Assembly: GCA_963663165.1 (NCBI GenBank)
Contig: OY760175.1
Location: 480,001-544,000, forward strand
Length of the DNA stretch: 64,000 nucleotides
Source of the DNA: an uncultured Desulfospira sp.
GTDB taxonomy: Bacteria > Desulfobacterota > Desulfobacteria > Desulfobacterales > Desulfobacteraceae
Direction: 5' to 3'
This document shows positions 27,095 to 37,883 of this stretch, piece after piece. Within the stretch, counting starts at the first letter, position 1; every line of letters begins with the position of its first letter. The position numbers and the translations under genes were made by a program. Below the pieces are notes generated by a model. The model worked only from the letters and a program-made list of their open reading frames with translations. It had not been told where the DNA came from and did not search any database.

Positions 27095-29770
27095 TTATCC
27101 AGTGATCATCTTCCTTAAAACATAGTGAAGGATTCCCTGGTGCCGGATATAGTCAACCTCAATGTCGGTGTTGAGTTTGGCCAAAACTTCAAAGGTGACG
27201 GTCCGGCCGTTTTCTGTTGCCTCAACCTTAAGTATGCTGTTGGGCCGGATGGCGTCAAGATCCTTGATGGTAAAGGTTTCATTTCCTTTCAGTCCCAAAG
27301 ATTCAAAGGATTCGCCGTCTTTAAAAACCAGGGGTACCACCCCCATGCCCACCAGGTTGGACCGGTGAATCCGCTCAAAGGACTGGGCAATAACCGCCCG
27401 GATGCCTAACAGAATGGTCCCTTTGGCCGCCCAATCCCGGGATGAGCCGGTGCCGTATTCTTTTCCGCCAAATACAATGAGCGCTGTATTCTGGTCCTTG
27501 TATTTTTGGGCCGCATCAAACACATGAAGGGTTTCTTTTTCAGGAAATTTAAGGGTAACCCCGCCGGTTTGATCCACCAGAAGATTTTTAATTCTGATGT
27601 TGGCAAAGGTGCCCCGCATCATGACCTCGTGATTTCCCCGCCTTGAACCGTAGGAGTTAAAATCAAAGGGGAGAACCCCGGTTTCTTTTAAATACTTTCC
27701 GGCAGGGGTGTCCACGGGGATGGCACCGGCCGGTGAAATATGGTCCGTGGTGACCGAATCGCCGAGGATCAGGAGAGGCCGGGCATCATGAATGTCCTTT
27801 ATGGGGCCGGCGGTCAAAGAGAAGTTTTCAAAAAAGGGCGGGTTCCGGATATAAGTGGAATCCGGGTCAAAATCAAATGTGGTGGCCTTGGAAACCTCAA
27901 GCTCCTGCCAGAGCCGGTCGCCTTTAAAGATATGTTCATATTGGTTTTTATAGAAGTCGGCCTTTACATGACGTTCCACAAACTCGTTGATTTCTGCGGC
28001 AGCCGGCCAGATATCCTTCATGAAAACCGGCGCACCGTCCTTGCCGGTGCCAAGGGGTTCGGTGTCAAGGTCAATGTTGATTCTGCCGGCCAGGGCATAG
28101 ACCACCACCAGGATGGGGGACATCAGGAAATTGCCTTTAACGGCCTGATGAATCCTGGCTTCAAAATTCCGGTTCCCGGACAATACCGAGGTCACATCCA
28201 GGTGGTGGGTTTTAATGGCTTCCTCAATAAAGGGATCCAAAGGCCCGCTGTTGCCGATACAGGTCATGCAGCCAAACCCGGTGTTGTTAAACCCCAGGGC
28301 TTCAAATTCATCGATCAGCCCGCATGCGTTGAGGTAGTCCATGACCACACGGGAACCCGGGGAAAGGGACGTTTTCACAAACCATGGAATGGACAGGCCC
28401 TTTTCAACGGCCTTTTTTGCGGCAAGACCGGCACCAATCATGGTGTAGGGGTTTGAGGTGTTGGTGCAGGAGGTGATGGCGGCGATAACGACACTGCCGT
28501 TGGTCAGGGCTGGCTCATGGCTTGATGTTCCCTGTTCAGCATTTTGGGGCAGAATCTGTATGTCCTGGCGGTTGTCCAGGTCATACAAGGTTGTGATTTT
28601 TTCTTTGACCTTTGTTAAAACAATCCGGTCCTGGGGGCGGCTGGGCCCGGACAAACAGGGTTCGATGGCCCCAAGATCCACATCAATGGTTTTTGAAAAA
28701 ACAAGGTCCCGGTCATGGGTGTTGAAAAAACCACAGGCCTTGCAATAGGCCGACACCCGGTCCGCTGTCTTTTCCCGGTTGGTCCGGTTCAAAAAATCCA
28801 GGGTCTGGTCATCCACCGGGAAAAATCCCGATGTGGCCCCGTATTCAGGGGACATGTTGGAAATGGTGGCCCGGTCGGTCAGGGTGAGGTTTTTTACGCC
28901 GGGACCGGTATATTCAACAATTTTTTCCACCACGTTCTCCTGCCGTAACCGCTGGGTCACAAAAAGGGCAATGTCTGTTGCGGTAACCTGGGCTGAAGGG
29001 GTTCCGGTAAAATGAACCCCGACAATTTCAGGCAGGTTCATATAATAGGGCTTGCCCAGCATTACGGCTTCGGCTTCGATTCCGCCGACCCCCCAGCCCA
29101 GAACGCCCAGGGCATTGATCATGGTGGTGTGGGAGTCGGTTCCCACCAGGGTATCGGGAAAGGCGGTCAGCCCCTCTTTTGTTTGTTTCGTGGCAATCAC
29201 CGGCGCCAGGTACTCCAGGTTAACCTGATGGCAGATGCCCGATTCCGGCGGAACAACCCTGAAATTGTCAAAATTTTCCTGGGCCCATTTTAAGAGTTTA
29301 TACCGTTCCTTATTTCTTTCGTATTCTTTCTGGGCATTGAGGAAAAATGCGTTTTTCTCTTTGAAATGGTCCACCTGGATGGAATGGTCAATCACCAGGT
29401 CAACGGGGACCAGGGGATTGATCTTTTCAGGATCAAGCCCGGCCTTATGGACCGCATCCCGCATGGCGGCAAAATCAACCACTGCCGGAACCCCGGTAAA
29501 GTCCTGCATCAGGACCCGGCCGGGATAAAAGGGAATCAGTTCCTGGGATTGGGACCGTGACAGGTAAAACCCGCAGGCATTGTAAATGTCTTCCCACGAA
29601 ATTTTTGATGCATCCATATTCCGGACCAGGTTTTCAATGATCACCCGGGCGGAAAAAGGCAGGGAGCAAATGTCAGGGAAAAAAGAATTTTCAAGCAGTT
29701 TGAGGTTGTAAATAGTGCAGGATTGGTTCTGAAAAGAAATTTCCTGCCGGATACTGGGAATTTGGTTCAT
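27095..29770 (-). CDS. acnA: Aconitate hydratase A
   Basis: MQDFTGVP, GICHQVNLEYL, GTDSHTT, AITSCTNTSNP, CMTCIGNSG, TTDHISPAG, GSSRDWAAKG. Confidence 0.97.
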   Translation of the reverse strand: MNQIPSIRQEISFQNQSCTIYNLKLLENSFFPDICSLPFSARVIIENLVRNMDASKISWEDIYNACGFYLSRSQSQELIPFYPGRVLMQDFTGVPAVVDFAAMRDAVHKAGLDPEKINPLVPVDLVIDHSIQVDHFKEKNAFFLNAQKEYERNKERYKLLKWAQENFDNFRVVPPESGICHQVNLEYLAPVIATKQTKEGLTAFPDTLVGTDSHTTMINALGVLGWGVGGIEAEAVMLGKPYYMNLPEIVGVHFTGTPSAQVTATDIALFVTQRLRQENVVEKIVEYTGPGVKNLTLTDRATISNMSPEYGATSGFFPVDDQTLDFLNRTNREKTADRVSAYCKACGFFNTHDRDLVFSKTIDVDLGAIEPCLSGPSRPQDRIVLTKVKEKITTLYDLDNRQDIQILPQNAEQGTSSHEPALTNGSVVIAAITSCTNTSNPYTMIGAGLAAKKAVEKGLSIPWFVKTSLSPGSRVVMDYLNACGLIDEFEALGFNNTGFGCMTCIGNSGPLDPFIEEAIKTHHLDVTSVLSGNRNFEARIHQAVKGNFLMSPILVVVYALAGRINIDLDTEPLGTGKDGAPVFMKDIWPAAAEINEFVERHVKADFYKNQYEHIFKGDRLWQELEVSKATTFDFDPDSTYIRNPPFFENFSLTAGPIKDIHDARPLLILGDSVTTDHISPAGAIPVDTPAGKYLKETGVLPFDFNSYGSRRGNHEVMMRGTFANIRIKNLLVDQTGGVTLKFPEKETLHVFDAAQKYKDQNTALIVFGGKEYGTGSSRDWAAKGTILLGIRAVIAQSFERIHRSNLVGMGVVPLVFKDGESFESLGLKGNETFTIKDLDAIRPNSILKVEATENGRTVTFEVLAKLNTDIEVDYIRHQGILHYVLRKMITG

Positions 29771-29786
29771 TTCTTAGCTCTCATTT

Positions 29787-29857
29787 TAGCGGTTAGCAAT
29801 TAGCTGTTAGCCATGGCTTTAAGAGCTAAAGGCTAACAGCTAAAGGCTGACAGCTTA
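29787..29857. repeat. Heptamer tandem-repeat palindrome (TAGCNRT family)
   Basis: TAGCGGT TAGCAAT TAGCTGT TAGCCAT ... GCTAAAG GCTAACA GCTAAAG GCTGACA GCTTA. Confidence 0.8.
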
Positions 29858-31564
29858 CTATTGGTTCTCTTGAGCCCTTAAGTCCTTTCTTAAAATTTTC
29901 CCCACGTTGGACTTGGGCAGCTCGCTTCTGAATTCCACCTGGGTGGGCAACTTGTATTTGGCAAGCTTGGTGGCGCAATAGTCAATGACTTCCTGCTCTG
30001 TCATTTTCTGACCTTCTTTTAAGATGACAAAGGCCTTGACCGCTTCCCCGCGTTTGGGGTGGGGGATGCCGATGGCGCAGGCTTCTACAATTTTGGGATG
30101 TTCAAACAACACTTCGTCAATATCCCTTGGATAGACATTGTATCCGCCGGAAATGATCATGTCCTTGATCCGGTCCACAATATAAAAGTAGCCGTCCTCA
30201 TCCATTTTGGCCACATCGCCGGTGTGGAGAAATCCTTCTTCGTTAATGGTCTTGGCTGTTTCATCCGGCCGGTTCAAATACCCTTTCATGACCTGGGGCC
30301 CTTTGATCAGCAGTTCTCCGGATTCCCCGACAGGGACTTCTTTGGTGGGATCTTCAATATCGACAACCTTGCATTCGGTATTTGGCAGGGGAACCCCGAT
30401 GGACCCGACTTTCCGGTTGCCCTGGAATGGATTGACATGGGTTACCGGGGTGGTTTCGGTCAGGCCGTATCCTTCAACAATAATGGAGCCGGTTTTTTCC
30501 TGGAAGTTGTTGATCACTTCCAGAGGCAGGGGGGCAGACCCTGAGAAACAGCCCTTGATGCTGGTCAGATCCGTATTGGCAAGGTCAGGGTGTTCCAGTA
30601 TGCCGATATACATGGTGGGAACCAGGGGAGCAAAGGTGGGCCTGAATTTGCCAATGGCCTCAAGCAGGGGTTCGGGCTGGGGTTTGGGTACCAGGACATT
30701 GGCCCAGGCCATGCGCACGGCAAAGTTCATGGAGGTGGACATGCCGAATACATGGAAAAAGGGAAGGGCGCCCAGCATGATTTCCTTTCCTTCATCAAAT
30801 GCCGGGAACCAGGCCTGGAGCTGCTGAATCTGGGAGGCGATATTTCTATGGGTGAGCATCACCCCTTTGGACACCCCGGTGGTGCCGCCGGTGTATTGGT
30901 ACATGGCGGTATCATCCAGGCTGATATCGGCCATATCATAGTCCGGCGGGTTTGAACTGATAACGTCTTTGAATTTGTAAAGGTCTTTGGCCGGGGAAAC
31001 CGTGCAGGCCAGGTTCTTTTTTTTGGCCACCAGGGGAAACAACAGCCGTTTGACAAAGGGAAGATAGTCGCCAATGGACGTGTAAACAATGGTTTTAATG
31101 TTGGTTTTTTCCCTGAGCTTGACCATGCGGGCCGCTAAAAGATCAAGGGTAATCAAGAATTTTGAGTTGGAATCTGTAAACTGATGTTCAAGTTCCCGGT
31201 CAGAGTACAGGGGATTGTTGAACACCACAATACCCCCGATTCTCAAAATGGCATAGTAGGCCACCACACAGGGGATAAGGTTGGGCAAAAGGATGGCCAC
31301 GCTGTCCCCTTTTTTTACCCCAAATCCTTTAAGCGCTGCACTAAATCTTGCCACCATTTCGTTGAGTTCCCGGTAGGTTACCGAATACCCTTGAAATATC
31401 AATGCGGTGTGATCAGGGAAATTTTTCGCTGAATTCGCAAGGTACTCGGGGACCAGGGTGTCATTAAATTCAATGTGTTCCGCAATTCCGGCTTCATAGG
31501 AATTAAGCCAGATTTTTTTCGAATAAATGCTTTGCTCAGACAAGATCCTCTCCTTTTTTCTCAT
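29858..31564 (-). CDS. fadD: Long-chain fatty acid-CoA ligase (FadD-like)
   Basis: YTGGTTGVSKG, EGYGLTE, TGD, DRIKDMII, PKSNVGKILR. Confidence 0.9.
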   Translation of the reverse strand: MRKKERILSEQSIYSKKIWLNSYEAGIAEHIEFNDTLVPEYLANSAKNFPDHTALIFQGYSVTYRELNEMVARFSAALKGFGVKKGDSVAILLPNLIPCVVAYYAILRIGGIVVFNNPLYSDRELEHQFTDSNSKFLITLDLLAARMVKLREKTNIKTIVYTSIGDYLPFVKRLLFPLVAKKKNLACTVSPAKDLYKFKDVISSNPPDYDMADISLDDTAMYQYTGGTTGVSKGVMLTHRNIASQIQQLQAWFPAFDEGKEIMLGALPFFHVFGMSTSMNFAVRMAWANVLVPKPQPEPLLEAIGKFRPTFAPLVPTMYIGILEHPDLANTDLTSIKGCFSGSAPLPLEVINNFQEKTGSIIVEGYGLTETTPVTHVNPFQGNRKVGSIGVPLPNTECKVVDIEDPTKEVPVGESGELLIKGPQVMKGYLNRPDETAKTINEEGFLHTGDVAKMDEDGYFYIVDRIKDMIISGGYNVYPRDIDEVLFEHPKIVEACAIGIPHPKRGEAVKAFVILKEGQKMTEQEVIDYCATKLAKYKLPTQVEFRSELPKSNVGKILRKDLRAQENQ

Positions 31565-31687
31565 GGGGTTAAAGGCCGTTTTAAATTTTCAGGGTCGCAT
31601 CAGCAAACTCAAAAAATTGTAAAGGTGTACTATGGTCTTTGATAAAGAGAAAAACGATGTTCTGTCAAGGAAAAAACCGTTTCATCG

Positions 31688-32413
31688 TTAATCAAGAAGG
31701 GAATTTCTTCTCTTTTTTCCCAGGGAAACACTGTGGCCCAAGATCCATCCTAACAGCAGAACCCCGACCCCTGCCAAGAACCATTTGATCATGCCGGTAC
31801 GGAACAGGTAGCTGGTTTGATCCTCTAGACCCTGGATTTCCTTGGCCAGTGTTACATTTTCTCTTTTTAGTCTCTTGTTTGAACTTACAATTTCCTTTAT
31901 ATTATCAGAATCGTTTAACAGGGTCTGGTATTTTTCTGTGGCCTGGGCGGAAGCCGTTTCCAAGGCGTTTATTTTTTCGTTGGCATTGTTAAGCTCAAGC
32001 TCAAGGGCTTGCAGTTTTTCTTCACTGATCTGAGGCAGAGGCGAATCCGGGGATGGGGCCATGTTTTCCTGTGCGGTTTTAAGTTGGGCGATCTGTTCCT
32101 CCAAGGCCTTGTTTTCAGCTTTAAGCTGTTCAATAACAGTGGATTTGGGCAGGGTATAAACCACAAACCGTTTGTCTACCCAGCCTGTTTCTCCAGATGC
32201 AAGACCAACCTTTAAAAAAAGGTCTTTTTCTTCCATGATGGTTAAAGGGGTATCGCTTTGCAGTTTTTTGATCACCGGAAAGGTTCGGGACGGGCCTTCC
32301 CGAAGGGTGAGAATCAGCATATCAGATACATATCCGGTCTTGGCCGGGCAAAGATCAGCAAGGCCAAAGCAAGTCAGGAAAACAACTATAATGCTGAAAA
32401 CGATTTTTCTCAT
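31688..32413 (-). CDS. SH3-domain signal-peptide protein with coiled coil and C-terminal TM (YgiM/TIGR04211-like)
   Basis: YVSDMLILTLREGPS, ETGWV, coil, WFLAGVGVLLLGWILG followed by basic residues. Confidence 0.88.
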   Translation of the reverse strand: MRKIVFSIIVVFLTCFGLADLCPAKTGYVSDMLILTLREGPSRTFPVIKKLQSDTPLTIMEEKDLFLKVGLASGETGWVDKRFVVYTLPKSTVIEQLKAENKALEEQIAQLKTAQENMAPSPDSPLPQISEEKLQALELELNNANEKINALETASAQATEKYQTLLNDSDNIKEIVSSNKRLKRENVTLAKEIQGLEDQTSYLFRTGMIKWFLAGVGVLLLGWILGHSVSLGKKRRNSLLD

Positions 32414-32480
32414 ATTTCTATTGCCTCCGTAGTTTTTTTTTGTTTCAATAACAATCCTTGTACGATTTTACAATAGTCAG

Positions 32481-33929
32481 GTGAAAATGAATCAGGAATT
32501 ATACAAAAAATTATACATCACCAATATCCTTAACGGGGTGACTGAAGGCCTTTCAAAGTTTATCAGGCCTAGCCGGGTTGCCGTAATTTTTGCCGCAAAG
32601 CCTGAAGACCCGGTAATGATACTTGACCCTAACGGGCTTCTTAAGGGACACGAAACCAGGCTCAAAGAGTTGTTTTTTACGGATCATCGCCAATGGCGGC
32701 TTGATTTGATCGAAAAAATTAACTGTCAGCCTTTAGGCCATTTTGTGCTTGAAGAAGATCCGGGCTTGTCCGGCCTGATTTCCTGCGGCGGGATTAGTTC
32801 GGAATTTTTTTACCAGTCCTGGTTTACGGACCATCACCCGGACATGTGTTCCAAAAAACCGGTTAAATGCTGGCTTGAGCAGGCAATCACCCTGTTTATC
32901 CACGATTTTAATTCAACCACAACGGTTATCAACGCCTCAGACTATGTGCTTAAAAATTATTCCCTTCAGGCTGTCGCAGATGCTATCGTGGACGAAAGAG
33001 AACAGCATTTGACCTTTGACAGCCGCATGCAGATACCGCCCATCCTCAATGCGATTCTCAATATCTCAAAAACCCGTGAGGAAGGGGCCTGGGCCCGGGG
33101 ACATTTGTTTTTTACCGATGCCCATAAACTGGAATCCCTTGATTTTATAACCAAAATTCAACGTCATGAGCGGCCCTCAATATCCAATGCAAAGCACATT
33201 AGAAAATTGTTGCTGGCGGTAGAGCGCTCGGATCGTAAGCTGGCCTCTGACGGCCTGTCTGTTATCGGGATTACCGATGTCGCCATACCCGATTATGCGG
33301 TCACCGCTGATTTCAGGGGCGATTTTGGGTTTTTAAAACTCGGGAACGAAAAGCTGGCCTCTTTTCATGACGGCAGCTTTTATTCCACTACCCGCAAGGC
33401 CAAAATGGTGGAGTTAGAAGAGCTTCTAATGGATTCTCAGTTGGACGGTGAGGCTTCCAATTTGCTGTTTCAGGTGGTATCCAATCTGGTTCATGCGGCC
33501 GGGACCTCCCGCCACGGGTGTACCCTTGTGCTGGATCTTAACGAGCTTCCCGTGCCTTTGTCCGGCCATGTGCTGGAACCTTCCTTAAGCCTTCTGGAAC
33601 CCAAAAATTTTAACCTTGCCCGGTCTTTGTTAAAAATTGACGGCGCGGTTCACTTAACCGGAGACAGCCATATCCATGGATTTGCCTGCCTTCTGGACGG
33701 CACCACCATCAAGCATGAAAACATGGCAAGAGGCGCCCGGTACAACTCGGCTCTAAGATTCTCTTCGAATCACCCCAAAATTATTATTGTGGTGGTCTCT
33801 TCAGACCGGCCCGTTTCCATTATCCATAATGGTATTGAAATTAACGCATCCCGGTTATGGAAACCGGTCTATGCCATGTCACCTGAATTAATCCCCCTTG
33901 AAACTTATCTTAACGGAGTTCAATTATGA
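32481..33929 (+). CDS. DisA_N/diadenylate cyclase domain protein with a long N-terminal region
   Basis: [14 protein letters not shown] (DGA), RGARYNSA (variant RHR), VVVSSD. Confidence 0.85.
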   Translation: MKMNQELYKKLYITNILNGVTEGLSKFIRPSRVAVIFAAKPEDPVMILDPNGLLKGHETRLKELFFTDHRQWRLDLIEKINCQPLGHFVLEEDPGLSGLISCGGISSEFFYQSWFTDHHPDMCSKKPVKCWLEQAITLFIHDFNSTTTVINASDYVLKNYSLQAVADAIVDEREQHLTFDSRMQIPPILNAILNISKTREEGAWARGHLFFTDAHKLESLDFITKIQRHERPSISNAKHIRKLLLAVERSDRKLASDGLSVIGITDVAIPDYAVTADFRGDFGFLKLGNEKLASFHDGSFYSTTRKAKMVELEELLMDSQLDGEASNLLFQVVSNLVHAAGTSRHGCTLVLDLNELPVPLSGHVLEPSLSLLEPKNFNLARSLLKIDGAVHLTGDSHIHGFACLLDGTTIKHENMARGARYNSALRFSSNHPKIIIVVVSSDRPVSIIHNGIEINASRLWKPVYAMSPELIPLETYLNGVQL

Positions 33930-34402
33930 CACACGACCATCACCATGGGCATTCCCATGGGCACGACCATAGCCACAGCCATGAACATTCCCATGGCCAG
34001 GATCATTCCCATAATCACGAACATACCCATTCCCATACCCATGACCATTCTCACGATCATGGGGATTCCCATAATCACGCACACTCACCTTCCCATGCCC
34101 ATGACCACGGGCATTCTCATGACCACGATCATGGACATACCCACGATCATGAACATACCCATGATCATGGACATACCCATTCCCATGATACTGAAATGAG
34201 TCTGGAACAAAAGCTGGCCACCTTGTTTGCCCACTGGGTAGACCATAACGAAAGCCATAAGGATAATTTTTTGTCCTGGGCAACCAAAGCCAGAGACCAG
34301 GGGCTTTTAGAGATTGCCGGCCACCTCGAAGAGGCCGGAAGGCTTTCAGAGCAGGTCACAGCCGAACTTAAAAAGGCAAGGGATGGACTGGAAAAATCCT
34401 GA
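33926..34402 (+). CDS. Histidine-rich putative metal-binding protein
   Basis: 41 His in (HX)n pattern over the first ~87 aa (hand count), then helical [16 protein letters not shown] domain. Confidence 0.85.
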   Translation: MTHDHHHGHSHGHDHSHSHEHSHGQDHSHNHEHTHSHTHDHSHDHGDSHNHAHSPSHAHDHGHSHDHDHGHTHDHEHTHDHGHTHSHDTEMSLEQKLATLFAHWVDHNESHKDNFLSWATKARDQGLLEIAGHLEEAGRLSEQVTAELKKARDGLEKS

Positions 34403-35381
34403 AAATCTTGCCGGCCAGCGGCTCATGCTTGGGTTTAACGGCCCTGAGTTTAACGATGAAGTCATTGAGATCATAGACCGGTTTAAAGCCGGCGGCATTA
34501 TCCTGTTCCGGCAGAATATTGAATCCCCGGAACAGGTGGCCCGCCTTTGCGCCCGGATCCAGGAACATGCCCGATCATCAGGCCGTTTACCGCTGTTTAT
34601 TGCTATTGACCAGGAAGGCGGGACGGTTTCCCGGTTAAGGCCGCCCTTTACACAGTTTGCCGGGAATCCGTCTATTCAGACCCTGGGTCAGGCCAAAGAA
34701 TTTGCAAAAACAACGGCCTTAGAGCTTAACCATGCCGGCATCAACATGAATCTTGCCCCGGTCATGGATGCCTGTCCTGAGGGGGTTGACTCTATCATGA
34801 AGGCGCGTGCCTTTAAAGGGGATGTCCGGACGGTGGCGGATTTGGGCTGTCAGGTAATCCAGACCCTCCAGGAAAACGGGATCATGGCGGTGGCCAAACA
34901 TTTTCCGGGTATTGGAAGGACCGTAAAGGATTCCCATTATTTCCTGCCGGTTCTGGAGGCAGACCTTGAGGTCCTTGAGCCATCCGATATGGTGCCCTTT
35001 AAAGCCGCCGAAAAGGCCGGGGTATCCGGGATCATGCTCTCCCATATTTCCTATCCCCGCCTGGATGACCAGTGGCAGGCCAGCCTTTCCCCGGCCATTG
35101 CCCATGACCTGTTAAGGGTGAGGATGGGGTTTCAGGGCCTTTCCCTGACCGATGATCTGGATATGAAGGCCATTTCCCATGATATGGAAACCTGCGTTGG
35201 CCAGATTTTGAGGGCCGGGATTGATCTTGCCCTGATCTGCCACCAGGGACCTGCCATGGCCGCGGCATTTAATGAAATGGTCAGGCTGTTTAAAACCAGC
35301 GAAGAATTACGGGCTTCAGGAAAGGTCTGCCTTGATCGAATTATCTCGGCCAAGAAAGCATACCTCTCCAATCTTATGTAG
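34383..35381 (+). CDS. nagZ: beta-N-acetylhexosaminidase (GH3)
   Basis: [39 protein letters not shown]; likely ATG at 34383. Confidence 0.92.
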   Translation: MDWKNPENLAGQRLMLGFNGPEFNDEVIEIIDRFKAGGIILFRQNIESPEQVARLCARIQEHARSSGRLPLFIAIDQEGGTVSRLRPPFTQFAGNPSIQTLGQAKEFAKTTALELNHAGINMNLAPVMDACPEGVDSIMKARAFKGDVRTVADLGCQVIQTLQENGIMAVAKHFPGIGRTVKDSHYFLPVLEADLEVLEPSDMVPFKAAEKAGVSGIMLSHISYPRLDDQWQASLSPAIAHDLLRVRMGFQGLSLTDDLDMKAISHDMETCVGQILRAGIDLALICHQGPAMAAAFNEMVRLFKTSEELRASGKVCLDRIISAKKAYLSNLM

Positions 35382-35493
35382 TGTTTGAACTAACGGCCAC
35401 GGGCCGTCTTGGTTATCCAACCAAGAACCGCCCACAACAAATATTGAAAGTCTTCTCAGAACGTTAGTGAGACTTTCTTATAAAAAATATAGT

Positions 35494-36489
35494 TTAAAGT
35501 TTGATGCGGGAAAATACATCCTGACCATCGGTAATGGTTTCTTTATTTGCAATCATCACACTGCCTCTGGCCGCAATCATGGCGGCATTGTCCGAACATA
35601 GGGAAACCGGGGGATGAAAGACGGTTATGCCCTGTTCTTTGGCCCTTATCGTGAGTTGGTTTACCAGGGTCTGGTTGGCGGAAACCCCTCCGGAAATGCC
35701 GATTCTCGGGCATCCTTTGGAAGCGGCCGCCCGGATGAGTTTGTCTGAAATCACATCAATGACCGCAGCCTGAAAAGAGGCGGCTACCCTGGCCCGATCC
35801 CCAGGGGTGTTCGTTTCATTTTCATGAAGATACCGGGCTACAGCGGATTTGATCCCGCTGAAGCTAAAATCAAAATTGTCCCTGTCCAGCATGGGCCTGG
35901 GGAATGGAATATCCGGTGTCCCGGTTTTGGCCAGCCGTTCAATGACCGGCCCGCCGGGATATCCCAGGGCCATCATTTTGGCGACCTTGTCAAAGGCTTC
36001 GCCGGCAGCATCGTCAAGGGTCTGTCCCATCAGCACAAATTCGGATTTTGAAATGACGTGATATATGTTGGTGTGCCCCCCGGAGACCACCAGAGCCACA
36101 AAGGGAAATTCAGGGGGATGGTCCGTTAACAAAAGAGAATAAATATGGGCCTCTAAATGGTTCACCCCTGCCAAGGGAATCTTCCGGGCATGGGCAAAGG
36201 CCTTGGCAAAGGAAAATCCAACCAGAAGGGCGCCGATCAGCCCCGGTCCCCGGGTAGCGGCAACAGCATCAATATCTTTTATGGAGATACCGGCTTCCCG
36301 GACCGCCTGATCCACAACCCCGGTAACCGCTTCAAGATGCATCCGTGACGCCAGTTCCGGTACAACGCCCCCGTACAGTTGATGGACATCAACCTGGGAG
36401 GCAATAACTGAAGACAGAACGGTAAAGGTGTCTTTGACCACAGCGGCTGCGGTCTCATCACAGGAGGATTCAATGCCCAGCAGGATCAT
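35494..36489 (-). CDS. tsaD: tRNA threonylcarbamoyltransferase
   Basis: GIESSCDET, GGVVPELASRMH, NHLEAH, SGGHT, DDAAGEAFDK, DNAAMIA. Confidence 0.97.
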   Translation of the reverse strand: MILLGIESSCDETAAAVVKDTFTVLSSVIASQVDVHQLYGGVVPELASRMHLEAVTGVVDQAVREAGISIKDIDAVAATRGPGLIGALLVGFSFAKAFAHARKIPLAGVNHLEAHIYSLLLTDHPPEFPFVALVVSGGHTNIYHVISKSEFVLMGQTLDDAAGEAFDKVAKMMALGYPGGPVIERLAKTGTPDIPFPRPMLDRDNFDFSFSGIKSAVARYLHENETNTPGDRARVAASFQAAVIDVISDKLIRAAASKGCPRIGISGGVSANQTLVNQLTIRAKEQGITVFHPPVSLCSDNAAMIAARGSVMIANKETITDGQDVFSRIKL

Positions 36490-36510
36490 GATGGTGCTGC
36501 ACCATGGGCA

Positions 36511-37554
36511 TTAAGCCCACTGGGTCTGCTTTTCGTTCCCTTCACGGGAAGCAATTTCACCAATGTGAAAGGCATTGATTTCCATGGCGGAAAGCCGGTC
36601 CATGACATCCTGGCATGAGGGTTCGGGCACAATCACAATCATGCCGATGCCGTTGTTGAAGGTTCGGTTCATTTCCATGTCCGATACGTTGCCTTCCCGT
36701 TGCAGCAGGGTAAACACCGGGGGGATCTCCCAGGAATTTTTATGAATGATGGCTTTGCAGACATCGGGCATGACCCGGATAATGTTGTCAACAATCCCGC
36801 CCCCGGTCACATGAACCAGTCCGTGAACCGGCAGATCCCGAAGAAGGCTTAAAATGGTGGAAACATAGATTACCGTAGGCTTGAGCAGTTCTTCTCCCAA
36901 GGTTGTCCCGAAATCCGGAATCGGGGTAGACACATCATACCCGCATTTTTCAAAAAAGATTTTACGGACCAGGGAAAATCCATTGGAGTGAACGCCGCTT
37001 GAGGCAATGCCGATAATCTGATGGCCGGGCCTGACATAAGAGCCGTCAATGATTTTATCGTTGTCAACGATCCCCACGGCAAATCCGGACAAATCATACT
37101 CTCCCTCCTTGTACATGTCCGGCATTTCAGCGGTTTCACCGCCGATCAGGGCACAGCCGGCTTCGGTACACCCCTTGGCAATGCCGGCAACAATCTGTTC
37201 GGCCACCTTGTTGTCCAGGCAGCCCATGGCCAGGTAATCCAGGAAAAATAAGGGTTTGGCCCCCTGAACCACGATGTCGTTGACCACCATGGCCACCAGG
37301 TCGATGCCGATGGTGTCGTGTTTGTCCATTTGAAAGGCAATTTTTAACTTGGTTCCCACACCATCCGTGGAACTGACCAGAACCGGATTGGAAATATTGG
37401 AAAGGTTAAGAGAAAACAATCCGCCAAATCCACCGATTTCCCCCATAACGCCGGACCGGGGGGTGGATTTTGCAATAACCTTGATGCGGTCAATCAATTC
37501 ATTTGCCTTGTCAATATCAACGCCTGAGTCTGCATATGTCAGGGACTCGTTCAT
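36511..37554 (-). CDS. purM: AIR synthetase
   Basis: TYADSGVDI, STDGVGTKL, GGETAEMP, SNGFSLVRK, TFNNGIG. Confidence 0.97.
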   Translation of the reverse strand: MNESLTYADSGVDIDKANELIDRIKVIAKSTPRSGVMGEIGGFGGLFSLNLSNISNPVLVSSTDGVGTKLKIAFQMDKHDTIGIDLVAMVVNDIVVQGAKPLFFLDYLAMGCLDNKVAEQIVAGIAKGCTEAGCALIGGETAEMPDMYKEGEYDLSGFAVGIVDNDKIIDGSYVRPGHQIIGIASSGVHSNGFSLVRKIFFEKCGYDVSTPIPDFGTTLGEELLKPTVIYVSTILSLLRDLPVHGLVHVTGGGIVDNIIRVMPDVCKAIIHKNSWEIPPVFTLLQREGNVSDMEMNRTFNNGIGMIVIVPEPSCQDVMDRLSAMEINAFHIGEIASREGNEKQTQWA

Positions 37555-37883
37555 ATAATACACCTTCGAAAATAAGGGGTTATGCCTCTCAATAGATCTT
37601 TATTATTTGCCTTTAAATTAAGCCGTTTCGCCAAGCCGTATGTTTCGTCCCAAATCCAGTCGTACCTGATTTTAAAGTTTCGGCTTATCCGGACGGATTC
37701 TATAAAACCTTTCAACAATAAACACAACGATTTTAAAAGTCAATAACGGCTTTAAAAGCTTTTTGACAACCCCCCTATTATAATGTATCTAAGCTAAATA
37801 TTGACCGCCCTGGCAAAGAACATCCACTAAAGGGCCATTTGAAGCAATTTGCAAAATTTTTTTATACCGGAGAACATGAATTC

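Noticed and set aside
33926..34190. Repetitive DNA as a possible CRISPR array
   Set aside because: 6-nt codon periodicity of a His-rich CDS; no constant repeat with unique spacers, and no cas genes in the window.
37600..37700. ZTP (pfl) riboswitch upstream of purM
   Set aside because: The minus strand has CGACTGG but lacks the GGGGAGC and GCCTGGGC elements.
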